The notes below the pieces were generated by a model, which did no database searches, was not told the origin of the DNA, and saw only the letters and a program-made list of their open reading frames with translations. From Delftia acidovorans NBRC 14950 (lineage in GTDB: Bacteria; Pseudomonadota; Gammaproteobacteria; Burkholderiales; Burkholderiaceae_C), in NCBI RefSeq assembly GCF_001598795.1, contig NZ_BCZP01000034.1, positions 1 to 32,000 on the forward strand: DNA of 32,000 nucleotides, written 5' to 3'. Each line of letters opens with the position of its first letter. The stretch's first letter is position 1. Made by a program: the position numbers and the translations under genes. Shown here piece by piece: positions 6,086 through 14,638 of the stretch.

Positions 6086-7029
6086 GGCTTCGCGGCGGGG
6101 CTGGCCGCCTTCGCCTTTTCTGCTGGCAGTTGCAGCCCATCGGCCAGCGCCGCACCCAGCGCGTCAATGACCGCCCGCACGCCCGGCACGTTGCGGCGGT
6201 CGCGGTGATAGGCCAGGTACACCGGGCAGGAAGGCAGCGGTGCGTCCACCTCCAGCCGTGCCAGGCCGGGCACGGTATGGGCCATGGCGTCGGGCAGCAG
6301 GCAGATGCCCTGGCCTTGCTCCGTGGCCTCCTGGCGGGCCAGGTCGGAGCCGGATCGAAAGACGAACCGGGTAGCTCCCCGGCTGGCCAGCCACAGGTTG
6401 GAGGCGTCCTGCCGGCCGGTGGCCAGGTCCTGCCCCACGAAGTCGTGGCTGGCGAAGTCCTGCACGCGCAGGTGGCGACCCGGCAGGCGCTGCTCGACAT
6501 AGCCGTGCGAGGCGTACAGGCCAAACGTCAGTTGCCCCGCCCATTTCTCCACCACCACGGCCGAGCTGGAGCGCCCCACCCTGAGCGCCACATCCACTTC
6601 GCGCCGCCCGACATCCGTGAAGCGCGACTCCACGGCCACTTCAATATGCAGTCCGGGATGCGCGCTTCTCAACTGCGAGAGCACGGCGGTCACGGGCTTC
6701 ACGAAGCCCTCGCCCATGCTGACGCGGATGGTGCCGGTCAGCGCATGGGCCTTCTCGTCGGGCCGGTCGTCGCGCTTGATGCCGCCCAGTCCCAGCTCGA
6801 ATTGCTCGGCCAGCTCCACCAGTTCCATTGCATCGGGCTCGACCGTCGTCCCTGCGCTGCTGCGATGAACCAGGGCGCGGCCCAGGGATTGCTCCAGCGC
6901 CTCGATGCGCCGCGCGACGGTGGAGGTGGACAGGCCCAGGGCCGCGCCTGCGGCAAGCAGGCTTTGGTGGCGGTGAAGCGCCAGGAGCACGCGCAGGTCA
7001 TCCCAGGTGGTGGGCGGTTGGTTTTTCAT
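6082..7029 (-). CDS. LysR-family transcriptional regulator
   Basis: 315 aa. WDDLRVLLALHRHQSLLAAGAALGLSTSTVARRIEALEQSLG is a LysR HTH, followed by a substrate-binding domain. It is divergent from the SDR gene. Confidence 0.9.
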   Translation of the reverse strand: MKNQPPTTWDDLRVLLALHRHQSLLAAGAALGLSTSTVARRIEALEQSLGRALVHRSSAGTTVEPDAMELVELAEQFELGLGGIKRDDRPDEKAHALTGTIRVSMGEGFVKPVTAVLSQLRSAHPGLHIEVAVESRFTDVGRREVDVALRVGRSSSAVVVEKWAGQLTFGLYASHGYVEQRLPGRHLRVQDFASHDFVGQDLATGRQDASNLWLASRGATRFVFRSGSDLARQEATEQGQGICLLPDAMAHTVPGLARLEVDAPLPSCPVYLAYHRDRRNVPGVRAVIDALGAALADGLQLPAEKAKAASPAAKP

Positions 7030-7095
7030 GAATGCAAATCAGCTTACCAGCGCTGCCCATTCCCAGCCGGGCACCCCGTCGCAATACTCGAGTGC

Positions 7096-7878
7096 ATGAA
7101 AACCCCTTTTGATTTCTCCCAGAAAACCGTCCTGGTGACCGGCGCCTCCATGGGCATCGGCGAAGTATTCGCCAGGGAACTCGCCCGCCGTGGCGCCAAA
7201 GTCGTGCTGATCGCGCGCAGCCGCGACAGGCTCGAAAAGCTCGCCAGCGAATTGCCCGGCGCCGAATTCCTGGTCGAGGACCTGGCCACACCCGGGGCGG
7301 CCCGGCGGGTCTTCGATGCCGTCAGCGCCAGGGGCCTGCTGCCGGATCTGCTGGTGAACAACGCGGGCTTCGGCACCCACGGCAGATTTGATGAACTGGC
7401 GCTGGCCATGCAGCGGGAGGCCATCGACCTGAATGTGGGTGCCCTGGTGGAGCTGACGCACCTGTTGCTCCCCGCACTGGAGCAGCGCCAGGGCGGCGTC
7501 ATCAACATCGCCTCCACGGCAGCGTTTCAGCCGGTCCCGTACATGGCGGTCTACGCCGCGACCAAGGCCTTCGTCCTTTCGTTCAGCGAAGCGCTCTGGG
7601 CCGAATACCGGCCGCGCGGCGTGCGCGTGCTGGCGTTGTGCCCGGGCGCTACCGACACGGCGTTCTTCGCCCGCGCCGGCGAGGCCGCATCCTTCGGGAA
7701 AAAAGCATCCAGCGAAGACGTGGTTCGCCTGGGGCTGAAAGCCTTCGACGACAACCGCGCCTCGGTGGTGCACGGTTGCGCCAACTACCTGACGGCCCTG
7801 GGCGCCCGCATTGCCACGCGCGAGTTCATGGCCCGGTTCACGGCCCGCGTGATGAGGCCTGCAGCGCAGCCGGCTTGA
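7096..7878 (+). CDS. SDR-family short-chain oxidoreductase
   Basis: The ATG at 7096 lies within the long track ORF. TVLVTGASMGIG (TGxxxGxG), NNAG and YAATKAF (YxxxK) are present. Confidence 0.9.
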   Translation: MKTPFDFSQKTVLVTGASMGIGEVFARELARRGAKVVLIARSRDRLEKLASELPGAEFLVEDLATPGAARRVFDAVSARGLLPDLLVNNAGFGTHGRFDELALAMQREAIDLNVGALVELTHLLLPALEQRQGGVINIASTAAFQPVPYMAVYAATKAFVLSFSEALWAEYRPRGVRVLALCPGATDTAFFARAGEAASFGKKASSEDVVRLGLKAFDDNRASVVHGCANYLTALGARIATREFMARFTARVMRPAAQPA

Positions 7879-7941
7879 ATGCCCCCGGTCTCAGGGATGC
7901 AAGCTCGCCGCGGCCCGGCCATTCCTGGCACGGGCCTGCGT

Positions 7942-9003
7942 TCACCAGTCAGTCGCCACTGCCGGCAGCCCTTCGTGCGAGGGAAAGTGCGGCAGCACCT
8001 CCTGGGCCAGTTCCTCCAGCACCTCGGCGGGCGGGCGCTGTGTCCACTGGATGCCCAGCGCCGCGTGGTTCACCCCCGCCGCCTGCCACTGTTCGAGCAA
8101 TGCCACCAGTCCCTTGCGCCCGGTGCGCAGGACATAGCCCCCATGCAACGGGGTTGGGGGATGGCCGGGGTCATCGACCAGGTCGATCCACTCGTTCGTC
8201 ATGTGCGGGCGGAATGCGCCTCCAGGGATCAGGTCACGCCAGGCGCGGATTTTTTCCGCCAGGTGCTGGGGCCCCCGGGGGGTATGGGTGGCACCGGGGT
8301 AGGTCAGCCAGCCATCTGCATGCTCGGCAATCCACGCCAGCGACTGGCCTGACGATCCCGTCACCATCAGCGGAATGCTCCCCGCAACGGGCTGGGGGAG
8401 AAACTCGGCTCCTTCCAGGCGTCCCAGCGGGGAATCGATGTCCAGGTGCCCGGGCTGCATGAGCTGGCGCATATAGGCCACGGCCTGGGAAAAGCGCTGT
8501 GCCCGGGCCGCGTGTTCCAGTCCGTAGGCGGGAAACTCCATCGGCCTGTCGCCAGAGGCCAAGCCCATCACCAGCCGGCCGCCGGAGAGCTGGTCAATGC
8601 TTGTGGCGGCCTTGGCCAGGTCGATCGGATGGCGCAGGGAGACGATGGCGCTGCCCGTGGCCAAGGAGACCTTGCGCGTACGGGCTGCCAGGAAGGACAG
8701 GTAGGTGAAGGGGTCGAACACCTGCCCTGCGTCCCCGAACGAGGGATCGAACAAGGGGACATCGCGCACCCACACGGCGGCAAAGCCATGCTGGTCGATG
8801 CGGGTGACCAGATCGGCCTGCCCGCGCAGCACCGACATGTCGCCCTTGTAGCTGCGCAGCGGCAGGAAGATGCCCACGGTCAGCCGGTCTGGTGCAAACA
8901 TGCGCCGGTAGCCAGGGTGTGCGTAGAACGAGGCATAGGAAGCCCCACCCGTGCGCGGGGAGAGAGGAGTTGCGTTCATTGGCTGGACCTGACTCGTGTT
9001 CAT
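7942..9003 (-). CDS. LLM-class (luciferase-like) flavin-dependent oxidoreductase
   Basis: 353 aa with luciferase-like TIM-barrel features (GFAAVWVRD, LATGSAIVSLRHP, QLSGGRLVMGLASG). The start overlaps the GST stop as ATGA. Confidence 0.8.
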   Translation of the reverse strand: MNTSQVQPMNATPLSPRTGGASYASFYAHPGYRRMFAPDRLTVGIFLPLRSYKGDMSVLRGQADLVTRIDQHGFAAVWVRDVPLFDPSFGDAGQVFDPFTYLSFLAARTRKVSLATGSAIVSLRHPIDLAKAATSIDQLSGGRLVMGLASGDRPMEFPAYGLEHAARAQRFSQAVAYMRQLMQPGHLDIDSPLGRLEGAEFLPQPVAGSIPLMVTGSSGQSLAWIAEHADGWLTYPGATHTPRGPQHLAEKIRAWRDLIPGGAFRPHMTNEWIDLVDDPGHPPTPLHGGYVLRTGRKGLVALLEQWQAAGVNHAALGIQWTQRPPAEVLEELAQEVLPHFPSHEGLPAVATDW

Positions 9004-9623
9004 GCGCCGGTTGCCGGTGCCGGCAGCGTGATGCCCTTGCGCACCGCAGGCCGGGCCGCGACCCGCTCATGCCATGCGCTCAGATGGCGGTGCCGGCTGA
9101 AGTCGAAGTGGATGATTCGCGCGATGTGCGTCCAACCGAAATGGGCAATGTCTGCAATGGAGTAGCAGTCGCCGGCCAAGTAGGAACGGCCCTCCAGCGC
9201 GTGGTCCAGCACCGTGAACGCATCCTCCGTCAGGCGCCGGTAGCGTTCGATGGCCGCAGGGACAGGGCTGTCCGCGAACAGCTCGAAGTGCACGCGCTGG
9301 CCCAGCAGCGGCCCGACACTGGACGCATGGAATTGCAGCCATTTGATCGCCTCCCAGCGGGCCTGCAGGTCCTCTGGCAGCAGCTGTCCGGTCCTGTCGG
9401 CCAGGTACAGAAGAATGGCCGCTGACTCAAACAACACCACACCCGTCTCGCTGTCCGTGAGCACGGGAATGCGGCCATGGGGATTCAGCGCCAGAAAGGC
9501 CGGCTGCCGGTGCTCGCCTTCATCGATGCGCACATGGTGCAGCTGGTAAGGCAGCGAAAGCTCTTCAAGCGCAATGGTCGCCTTGAAGCCATTGGGGGAG
9601 CTGTCTGAATAGAGATGGAACAT
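9000..9623 (-). CDS. glutathione S-transferase family protein
   Basis: 207 aa. The N-terminal thioredoxin-like fold (PNGFKATIALEELSLPY ... NPHGRIPVL ... LFESAAILLYLA) is typical of GSTs. Confidence 0.88.
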   Translation of the reverse strand: MFHLYSDSSPNGFKATIALEELSLPYQLHHVRIDEGEHRQPAFLALNPHGRIPVLTDSETGVVLFESAAILLYLADRTGQLLPEDLQARWEAIKWLQFHASSVGPLLGQRVHFELFADSPVPAAIERYRRLTEDAFTVLDHALEGRSYLAGDCYSIADIAHFGWTHIARIIHFDFSRHRHLSAWHERVAARPAVRKGITLPAPATGA

Positions 9624-9719
9624 TTAAATTTTAGATAAACTGAATTCATAGAATCGCTGGAAAGACTTATTCTCAACAGATATACGTCTAATTTGAAGCG
9701 ATGATTTCTGCTCCATGAA

Positions 9720-9734
9720 TTTAGTAAATCTAAA
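9720..9734. promoter_or_regulatory. T-N11-A dyad (TTTAG-N5-CTAAA), LysR-box candidate
   Basis: tttagtaaatctaaa lies in the AT-rich 117-nt spacer between the GST gene and the LysR gene, just upstream of the ATG at 9741. Confidence 0.35.
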
Positions 9735-9740
9735 AACAAG

Positions 9741-10643
9741 ATGACCTATCCATTGCAGGCGCTGCGCACTTTCGTGGAAGTGGGGCAGCGCAAAAGCGTC
9801 AAGGCCGCGGCGCAGGCCCTGCACGTCACGCCCGGCGCCGTCAGCCAGCAGATCCGCGTGCTGGAAGACCGCCTGGGAGTGGTATTGCTGGAGCGTGAGC
9901 GCCTTGGCATGCGGCTGACCGAGGCAGGCGCCAGCGTGTTCCCCAGGCTGCGTGAGGCGTTTCTTCAGATCGACCAGGCCATGCACGACCTGGAAAGCAC
10001 CAAGGCAAGACGGAGCCTGACCGTCAGCACGGTCGCCACGTTCGCGGCATCGTGGCTGGTGCCCCGGCTGGGGCGTTTCAAGCAATTGCACCCGGACATT
10101 GAAATCCGCGTGGAGGCCACGTCGGAACTGGTGGACCTGCGGCGCGACCGGGTGGACGTGGCCTTGCGCCATGGGCTGGGAGACTATCCGGGGCTGGAGG
10201 TTCTCCCCCTCATGGCGCCGGTTCTGACGCCCGTCGCCTCGCCGGGATTCCTGAAGGCGCACGGGGCCGTGATCCATGAGGCAGGCGATTGCCTCAGCTA
10301 CCCCCTGCTGCATGACGGCGACCGCGCAGACTGGCCGCTCTGGCTGAAAGCGCATGGCGTGGCGGACGACATGCGCGCGGAGCGCGGCAGTGCCTTTGAC
10401 GATGACTTCCTGCTGATCCGTGCGGCAGAGGCTGGCCAGGGCCTGGCGCTGGTGCCGCAGGCCTATGCCCAGGAAGAAATCGCGGCGGGCCGGCTCATCC
10501 AGGTGCTGGACAAGCCATGGCCCGCAAGGTTTGCCTACTACGCGGTGACGCGGCCCGGAGCGGCCGACCGCCCCGAAGTGCGCGCGTTCCTGGAATGGAT
10601 TCGCGACGAGGCGGGAAAAAACCTGTCACCTCCCCAACCCTAG
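9741..10643 (+). CDS. LysR-family transcriptional regulator (GcvA-like)
   Basis: 300 aa. LQALRTFVEVGQRKSVKAAAQALHVTPGAVSQQIRVLEDRLG is a LysR HTH. Confidence 0.9.
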   Translation: MTYPLQALRTFVEVGQRKSVKAAAQALHVTPGAVSQQIRVLEDRLGVVLLERERLGMRLTEAGASVFPRLREAFLQIDQAMHDLESTKARRSLTVSTVATFAASWLVPRLGRFKQLHPDIEIRVEATSELVDLRRDRVDVALRHGLGDYPGLEVLPLMAPVLTPVASPGFLKAHGAVIHEAGDCLSYPLLHDGDRADWPLWLKAHGVADDMRAERGSAFDDDFLLIRAAEAGQGLALVPQAYAQEEIAAGRLIQVLDKPWPARFAYYAVTRPGAADRPEVRAFLEWIRDEAGKNLSPPQP

Positions 10644-10672
10644 CCCAGCACGAGCCTTGCTAGCCTTGGCAC

Positions 10673-11140
10673 ATGCTGATCTCCGAACTCGCCCAGCTCA
10701 CGGGCGTCTCCATCCACGCGCTGCGGCACTACGAGCGCGCGGGCCTGCTCAAGCCCCAGCGCCTGCCCAATGGCTACCGCGACTATCCGCGCTCGGCCCG
10801 GCGCGAGGTGGTGTTCATCGCCATGTCCCGCGCGCTGGGGTTCGGGCTGCCGCGCATTGCGGAGAACCTGCGCGCCTGGCGTGCGGGGCGCATAGGCCCC
10901 GGTGACCTGGCCGATGCCGTGCAGCAGCGCGTGCAGGAGATAGACGAACAGATCGCCGCGCTGCAGGCCCAGCGCGCCCAGGCCCTGGACTATGTGCAGT
11001 GGCTGCGCGCCCGCCAGGCCGAGCGGGATCTGGCGCAAACGGCACCGACCCCAGCCAGCGCCCCCGACAAACCCGCCGCGCCCTGGCCGCGCGTGCGCCG
11101 TGCCGCTTCACCCACCACGAAGGAGACAAGCCATGACTGA
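10673..11140 (+). CDS. MerR-family transcriptional regulator
   Basis: 155 aa. MLISELAQLTGVSIHALRHYERAGLL, followed by a coiled-coil dimerisation helix. Confidence 0.85.
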   Translation: MLISELAQLTGVSIHALRHYERAGLLKPQRLPNGYRDYPRSARREVVFIAMSRALGFGLPRIAENLRAWRAGRIGPGDLADAVQQRVQEIDEQIAALQAQRAQALDYVQWLRARQAERDLAQTAPTPASAPDKPAAPWPRVRRAASPTTKETSHD

Positions 11141-11588
11141 GCCGATCACGCACCCCACCCCATCCACCCAGGCGCTGCAGAACGCTGTGCTGGCCATGCC
11201 CATGGCGCGCACCCTGGGCCTGCGCTTCGTGCGGGCCGAGCCCGGCGCCACCGAGCTGGAGATGCCCATTGCCGATGCCCTGTGCTTTCAGCCGGGCCAG
11301 TTGCAGGCCACGGCGATCTTTGCGCTGGGCGACTTTGCGGCGGTGTCGGCCGCAGGCTCTGTGCTACCGCCAGGCTGGGCCAATGCCACGGTGGACGGCA
11401 GCGTGAAGCTCTTCGCCCCCGCACGCGGCACCCACCTGCGGGCGCGCGGCCGCGTGGTGGATGCCGGCCGCGTGCTCAGCATCTGCGCAGCCGACCTGTA
11501 CGCGGTGGCCGAGGATGGTCATGAAACGCATTGCGCGACCTGGCTGGGCACGGCGCGCAATCTGGAGCCGAGGCCCGTGCGGGCCTGA
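11133..11588 (+). CDS. PaaI-family (hotdog-fold) thioesterase
   Basis: The ATG at 11133 follows aggagacaag. The 151-aa product contains ...AMPMARTLGLRFVRAEPGATELEMPI... and overlaps the MerR gene end by 8 nt. Confidence 0.7.
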   Translation: MTEPITHPTPSTQALQNAVLAMPMARTLGLRFVRAEPGATELEMPIADALCFQPGQLQATAIFALGDFAAVSAAGSVLPPGWANATVDGSVKLFAPARGTHLRARGRVVDAGRVLSICAADLYAVAEDGHETHCATWLGTARNLEPRPVRA

Positions 11589-11620
11589 GAACGTTCCCCC
11601 GGCCTCCCCACCCCGTATGC

Positions 11621-11702
11621 CAGCGCCTGCGTCGTGGCGGTTGCGGGGCTGCGAGGTTGTCGAAGGGCAGACGACCTCGCCAAGGCCACCACGGCTACAA
11701 GC
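11621..11702. repeat. REP-like palindromic element, copy B (right arm degenerate)
   Basis: 11626-11648 is identical to 10-32. An inner hairpin is formed by gcgaggttgtc/gacgacctcgc (11651-11680). The expected right arm is degraded where the AT-rich cassette begins. Confidence 0.7.
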
Positions 11703-12996
11703 TTTCCTTCAAGCCAATCTTCTCTTCAGATAGAGACTCTCGCCTATTGTGAATAAGCAATACCAACATCACACAGGACACGAGAGAAGAAAACGAGAAA
11801 ATATAGTTGATCATGGAATAACTGGAGCCATGGAAGCCCAATGACATTGGAGCAAAAAATATCACTGCATAAATAGTCCAAAAAATCATTCTTGACGACC
11901 AATAAAGACCTAGCCCACCAGAAATTGCTGCCGCATAGAAGAACACCACATCCGTAACTCCTTTGCACAACAAGGAAAGGAAACCTTCCTCGACAATTTG
12001 AGAACCATTCGCTTCTGATATTTCATAGAACAGCATGAATACAGACAATGCAACAACTGGAATAATGGCACAAAAAATCATCAATGACGATGAATCTCTA
12101 ATGAACTGAAATTGCACTGCCCATTTTCCACGATTTTTGGATATCTCGATTGCCAGAAGAGCACATACTCCCATGGCAGGCAGTTCTGCCAACAGCAATA
12201 TGGCAGAAGCTTGAGATTGAATTGCAGAATACATTGCACCCAGCCCTGCAACAGACATTGACAATATATAAAGCAGATATTTCCCAAAGAACGCATTGGC
12301 ATAGCCAGGGATAAAAACGGAAAATATTCTTCTGCCAGGCAAAACCCGAAAATTGAATGAAAATCTGAATTGACAGTATTTCCGCATCAAAGCATATGCG
12401 GCAACGGAAAAGATGATGTCACTGAACAGATAGGCCAGAGCGACAGAATCATCGCTCATCCACTTATTCTTCCCAAGCAGCACCAGCACAACAATCACAC
12501 AGGCTGCGTGGAAAAAAACCTGCCACATTCTGAATTTTGCAACGGTGGCAGTATGTGATCTTGACTCAAGAACGCAGCTACATACATTGATGATTCCGAA
12601 GAATGGAATACACAGAATTATCAATCTTGCCTGCGATACGGCCCCATCCAACAGTTCCTCTGGCAAACCGGATATCAGGGTTTTCGAGATAACAGGAAGC
12701 CAATACACCAGAATAAAACAAAACCCGGTGTATAGGAGGACCAGCCAAAACAGCAAACTGATGAGTGAGTCTGACTGCTCCTTATCTTTGCTGGCAGCCA
12801 TTTCCGAAAAGAAGATGGCGCCAATACTCGCTGGAAATACAAAGAAAAGTGATGCAAAGGAAAGGGCTATGCTGAATTGGGCAACGAGAGTCGAGCTATA
12901 AAAACTAATGGCAAAAATGGTGACCATGGAGGCAAGCGGTGGGGCGGCGCGTCCAACTGCAAGATCAAATACCCGCTTTGCATCACCAGGCCTCAT
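11695..12996 (-). CDS. polytopic membrane protein, MOP/MATE-flippase-like (family assignment tentative)
   Basis: 433 aa, hydrophobic throughout, with roughly 12 TM-length segments. GGAGGA lies 9 nt upstream of the ATG at 12996. Composition is AT-rich (23/60 G+C in 12001-12060), unlike all neighbours. Confidence 0.8.
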   Translation of the reverse strand: MRPGDAKRVFDLAVGRAAPPLASMVTIFAISFYSSTLVAQFSIALSFASLFFVFPASIGAIFFSEMAASKDKEQSDSLISLLFWLVLLYTGFCFILVYWLPVISKTLISGLPEELLDGAVSQARLIILCIPFFGIINVCSCVLESRSHTATVAKFRMWQVFFHAACVIVVLVLLGKNKWMSDDSVALAYLFSDIIFSVAAYALMRKYCQFRFSFNFRVLPGRRIFSVFIPGYANAFFGKYLLYILSMSVAGLGAMYSAIQSQASAILLLAELPAMGVCALLAIEISKNRGKWAVQFQFIRDSSSLMIFCAIIPVVALSVFMLFYEISEANGSQIVEEGFLSLLCKGVTDVVFFYAAAISGGLGLYWSSRMIFWTIYAVIFFAPMSLGFHGSSYSMINYIFSFSSLVSCVMLVLLIHNRRESLSEEKIGLKESL

Positions 12997-12998
12997 AC

Positions 12999-13085
12999 CT
13001 ATCCATCCTCCGCAGAATCAAAATCCATGATATATGACTCGAATTCTTTGAAATGAAGATCCTGGGCTATCTTTGATAGAGCCAT
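12999..13085 (-). CDS. candidate micro-ORF upstream of the transporter (28 aa; alternative frame 13018-13089, 23 aa)
   Basis: A GGAGGA at 13098-13103 precedes two overlapping ATGs. The ATG at 13089 (8-nt spacer) gives MNGSIKDSPGSSFQRIRVIYHGF. The ATG at 13085 (12-nt spacer) gives MALSKIAQDLHFKEFESYIMDFDSAEDG, whose TAG ends 2 nt before the transporter ATG. It is below the ORF-track length cutoff. Confidence 0.3.
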   Translation of the reverse strand: MALSKIAQDLHFKEFESYIMDFDSAEDG

Positions 13086-13360
13086 TCATTTTATTTGTCC
13101 TCCACCCCTCTCACCCCGGAATATGGACCACCATAACAATGGTGGCCAAATATATTGGTGCAATCCTCGAAATACATCTGGATGCAGCAATAGAATAATC
13201 TTTTAATCCGATATGAACAAATCAATCATTCATTGCAAAAATGCATGATGCAATCGGACTGATCTGAAAATCTTGATGCACAGCCTGGGCTGCACCAGCG
13301 CCTAAATGGAATTCGCAGTCTGCCAACCCTGCTTTTACAGCGGCGGCTCATATGCATGCC

Positions 13361-13427
13361 ACTGCGCTGTGGCGATTGCATTGCAGTCCTGCCGAAGGAC
13401 AGGACTGCCCCATTGCCTGACGCGGGT
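13361..13427. repeat. REP-like palindromic element, copy C (diverged)
   Basis: ctgcgctgtggcgattgca (13362-13380) resembles the copy A/B arm. The hairpin gcagtcctg-ccgaagga-caggactgc (13383-13408) parallels 98-123 read on the opposite strand. Confidence 0.65.
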
Positions 13428-13451
13428 CAAAAACAGACCCGGCCAGTCAAC

Positions 13452-14567
13452 TCACCCTCGCAGCTTCAACCGCCGCGCCTTCACCGCCGCAGCCAGCTGC
13501 TCCAGCACAGGCACGGTCTGCTCCAGGCTGATGCAGGCATCGGTCACGGACACGCCATGCGCCAGCGGCTGGCCGTCCACGATGTCCTGCCGCCCTTCCT
13601 GCAGGTGGCTTTCGATCATCAGCCCCGTGATGCGGGCATCGCCACCGGCGATCTGCTGGGCCACGTCGGCCGCCACGTCGATCTGGCGGCGGTGCTGCTT
13701 GCTGCTGTTGGCGTGGGAGACATCGATCATGACCTGCGGGCGCAGGCCTGCGCCTTCCAGCAGGGCGCAGGCGGCCTGCACATGCTCGGCGCCGTAGTTG
13801 GGCTGCTTGCCGCCGCGCAGGATGACGTGGCAGTCGCCATTGCCGCGGGTTTCGAAGATGGCGGACTGGCCCATCTTGGTCATGCCCATGAAGGCGTGGG
13901 GCGCGCTGGCCGCCTGGATGGCATCGCTGGCCACCTTGACGCCGCCGTCCGTGCCGTTCTTGAAGCCCACAGGGCAGGACAGGCCGCTGGCCAGCTGGCG
14001 GTGGCTCTGGCTTTCCGTGGTGCGCGCGCCGATGGCGCCCCAGCTGACCAGGTCGCTGATGAATTGCGGCGACAGCAGGTCCAGGAATTCCGTGCCCACG
14101 GGCAGACCCAGGGCCAGCACGTCCAGCAGCAGGGCGCGGGCCATTTCCAGGCCTTCGTTGATGGCGAAGCTGCCGTCCAGGTGCGGGTCGTTGATGTAGC
14201 CCTTCCAGCCCACGGTGGTGCGGGGCTTCTCGAAGTAGACGCGCATGACCACGAGCAGCTCGCCGGCCAGGGCGTCGGCCTGGGCCTTGAGCTGGCGCGC
14301 ATAGTCCATGGCCTGGTCGTGGTCGTGGATGGAGCAGGGTCCGACGACGACGATGAGCCGGTCGTCCCGGCCCTGCAGCACGTCCGAGATGGCGGCGCGG
14401 CTGGTTTCCACCAGTTGCTGCGCGGCTTCGGGCGCGGGCAGCCATTCCTGCAGCAGGGCCGGGGTGATCAGGGGGCGCACGGCCTTGATGCGCAGGTCGT
14501 CGATGCGGGTGGTGTCGTGCGTGCTCAGGGGCACGGCACTGCGTTGTACGTGGGTGGGGGTGGTCAT
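13452..14567 (-). CDS. aroG: 3-deoxy-7-phosphoheptulonate (DAHP) synthase, class I
   Basis: The ATG at 14567 lies within the long track ORF and gives 371 aa. RLIVVVGPCSIHD, VYFEKPRTTVGWKG, GARTTESQ.HRQLASGLS.PVGFKNGTDG and IDVSHANS are class-I AroG/F/H signatures. The feedback-specificity isozyme is not determinable here. Confidence 0.92.
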   Translation of the reverse strand: MTTPTHVQRSAVPLSTHDTTRIDDLRIKAVRPLITPALLQEWLPAPEAAQQLVETSRAAISDVLQGRDDRLIVVVGPCSIHDHDQAMDYARQLKAQADALAGELLVVMRVYFEKPRTTVGWKGYINDPHLDGSFAINEGLEMARALLLDVLALGLPVGTEFLDLLSPQFISDLVSWGAIGARTTESQSHRQLASGLSCPVGFKNGTDGGVKVASDAIQAASAPHAFMGMTKMGQSAIFETRGNGDCHVILRGGKQPNYGAEHVQAACALLEGAGLRPQVMIDVSHANSSKQHRRQIDVAADVAQQIAGGDARITGLMIESHLQEGRQDIVDGQPLAHGVSVTDACISLEQTVPVLEQLAAAVKARRLKLRG

Positions 14568-14600
14568 GGCGCTATTGTCGCGCCTTGAGGTTTCCCGACC

Positions 14601-14627
14601 GGGGCGGGCAAGTGGCTTGCCCGCCCC
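14601..14627. other. perfect 12-bp GC-rich stem-loop
   Basis: ggggcgggcaag-tgg-cttgcccgcccc lies between the stop of the 772-aa gene (14639) and the DAHP synthase start (14567). No U-tract follows on either strand. Confidence 0.6.
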
Positions 14628-14638
14628 TTGGCATCGAC

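Noticed and set aside
6130-7095. N-terminal 322 codons of the 582-aa ORF 6130-7878
   Set aside because: This part is antisense to the LysR gene. The SDR signature starts at the ATG at 7096, which gives a normal-length 260-aa SDR.
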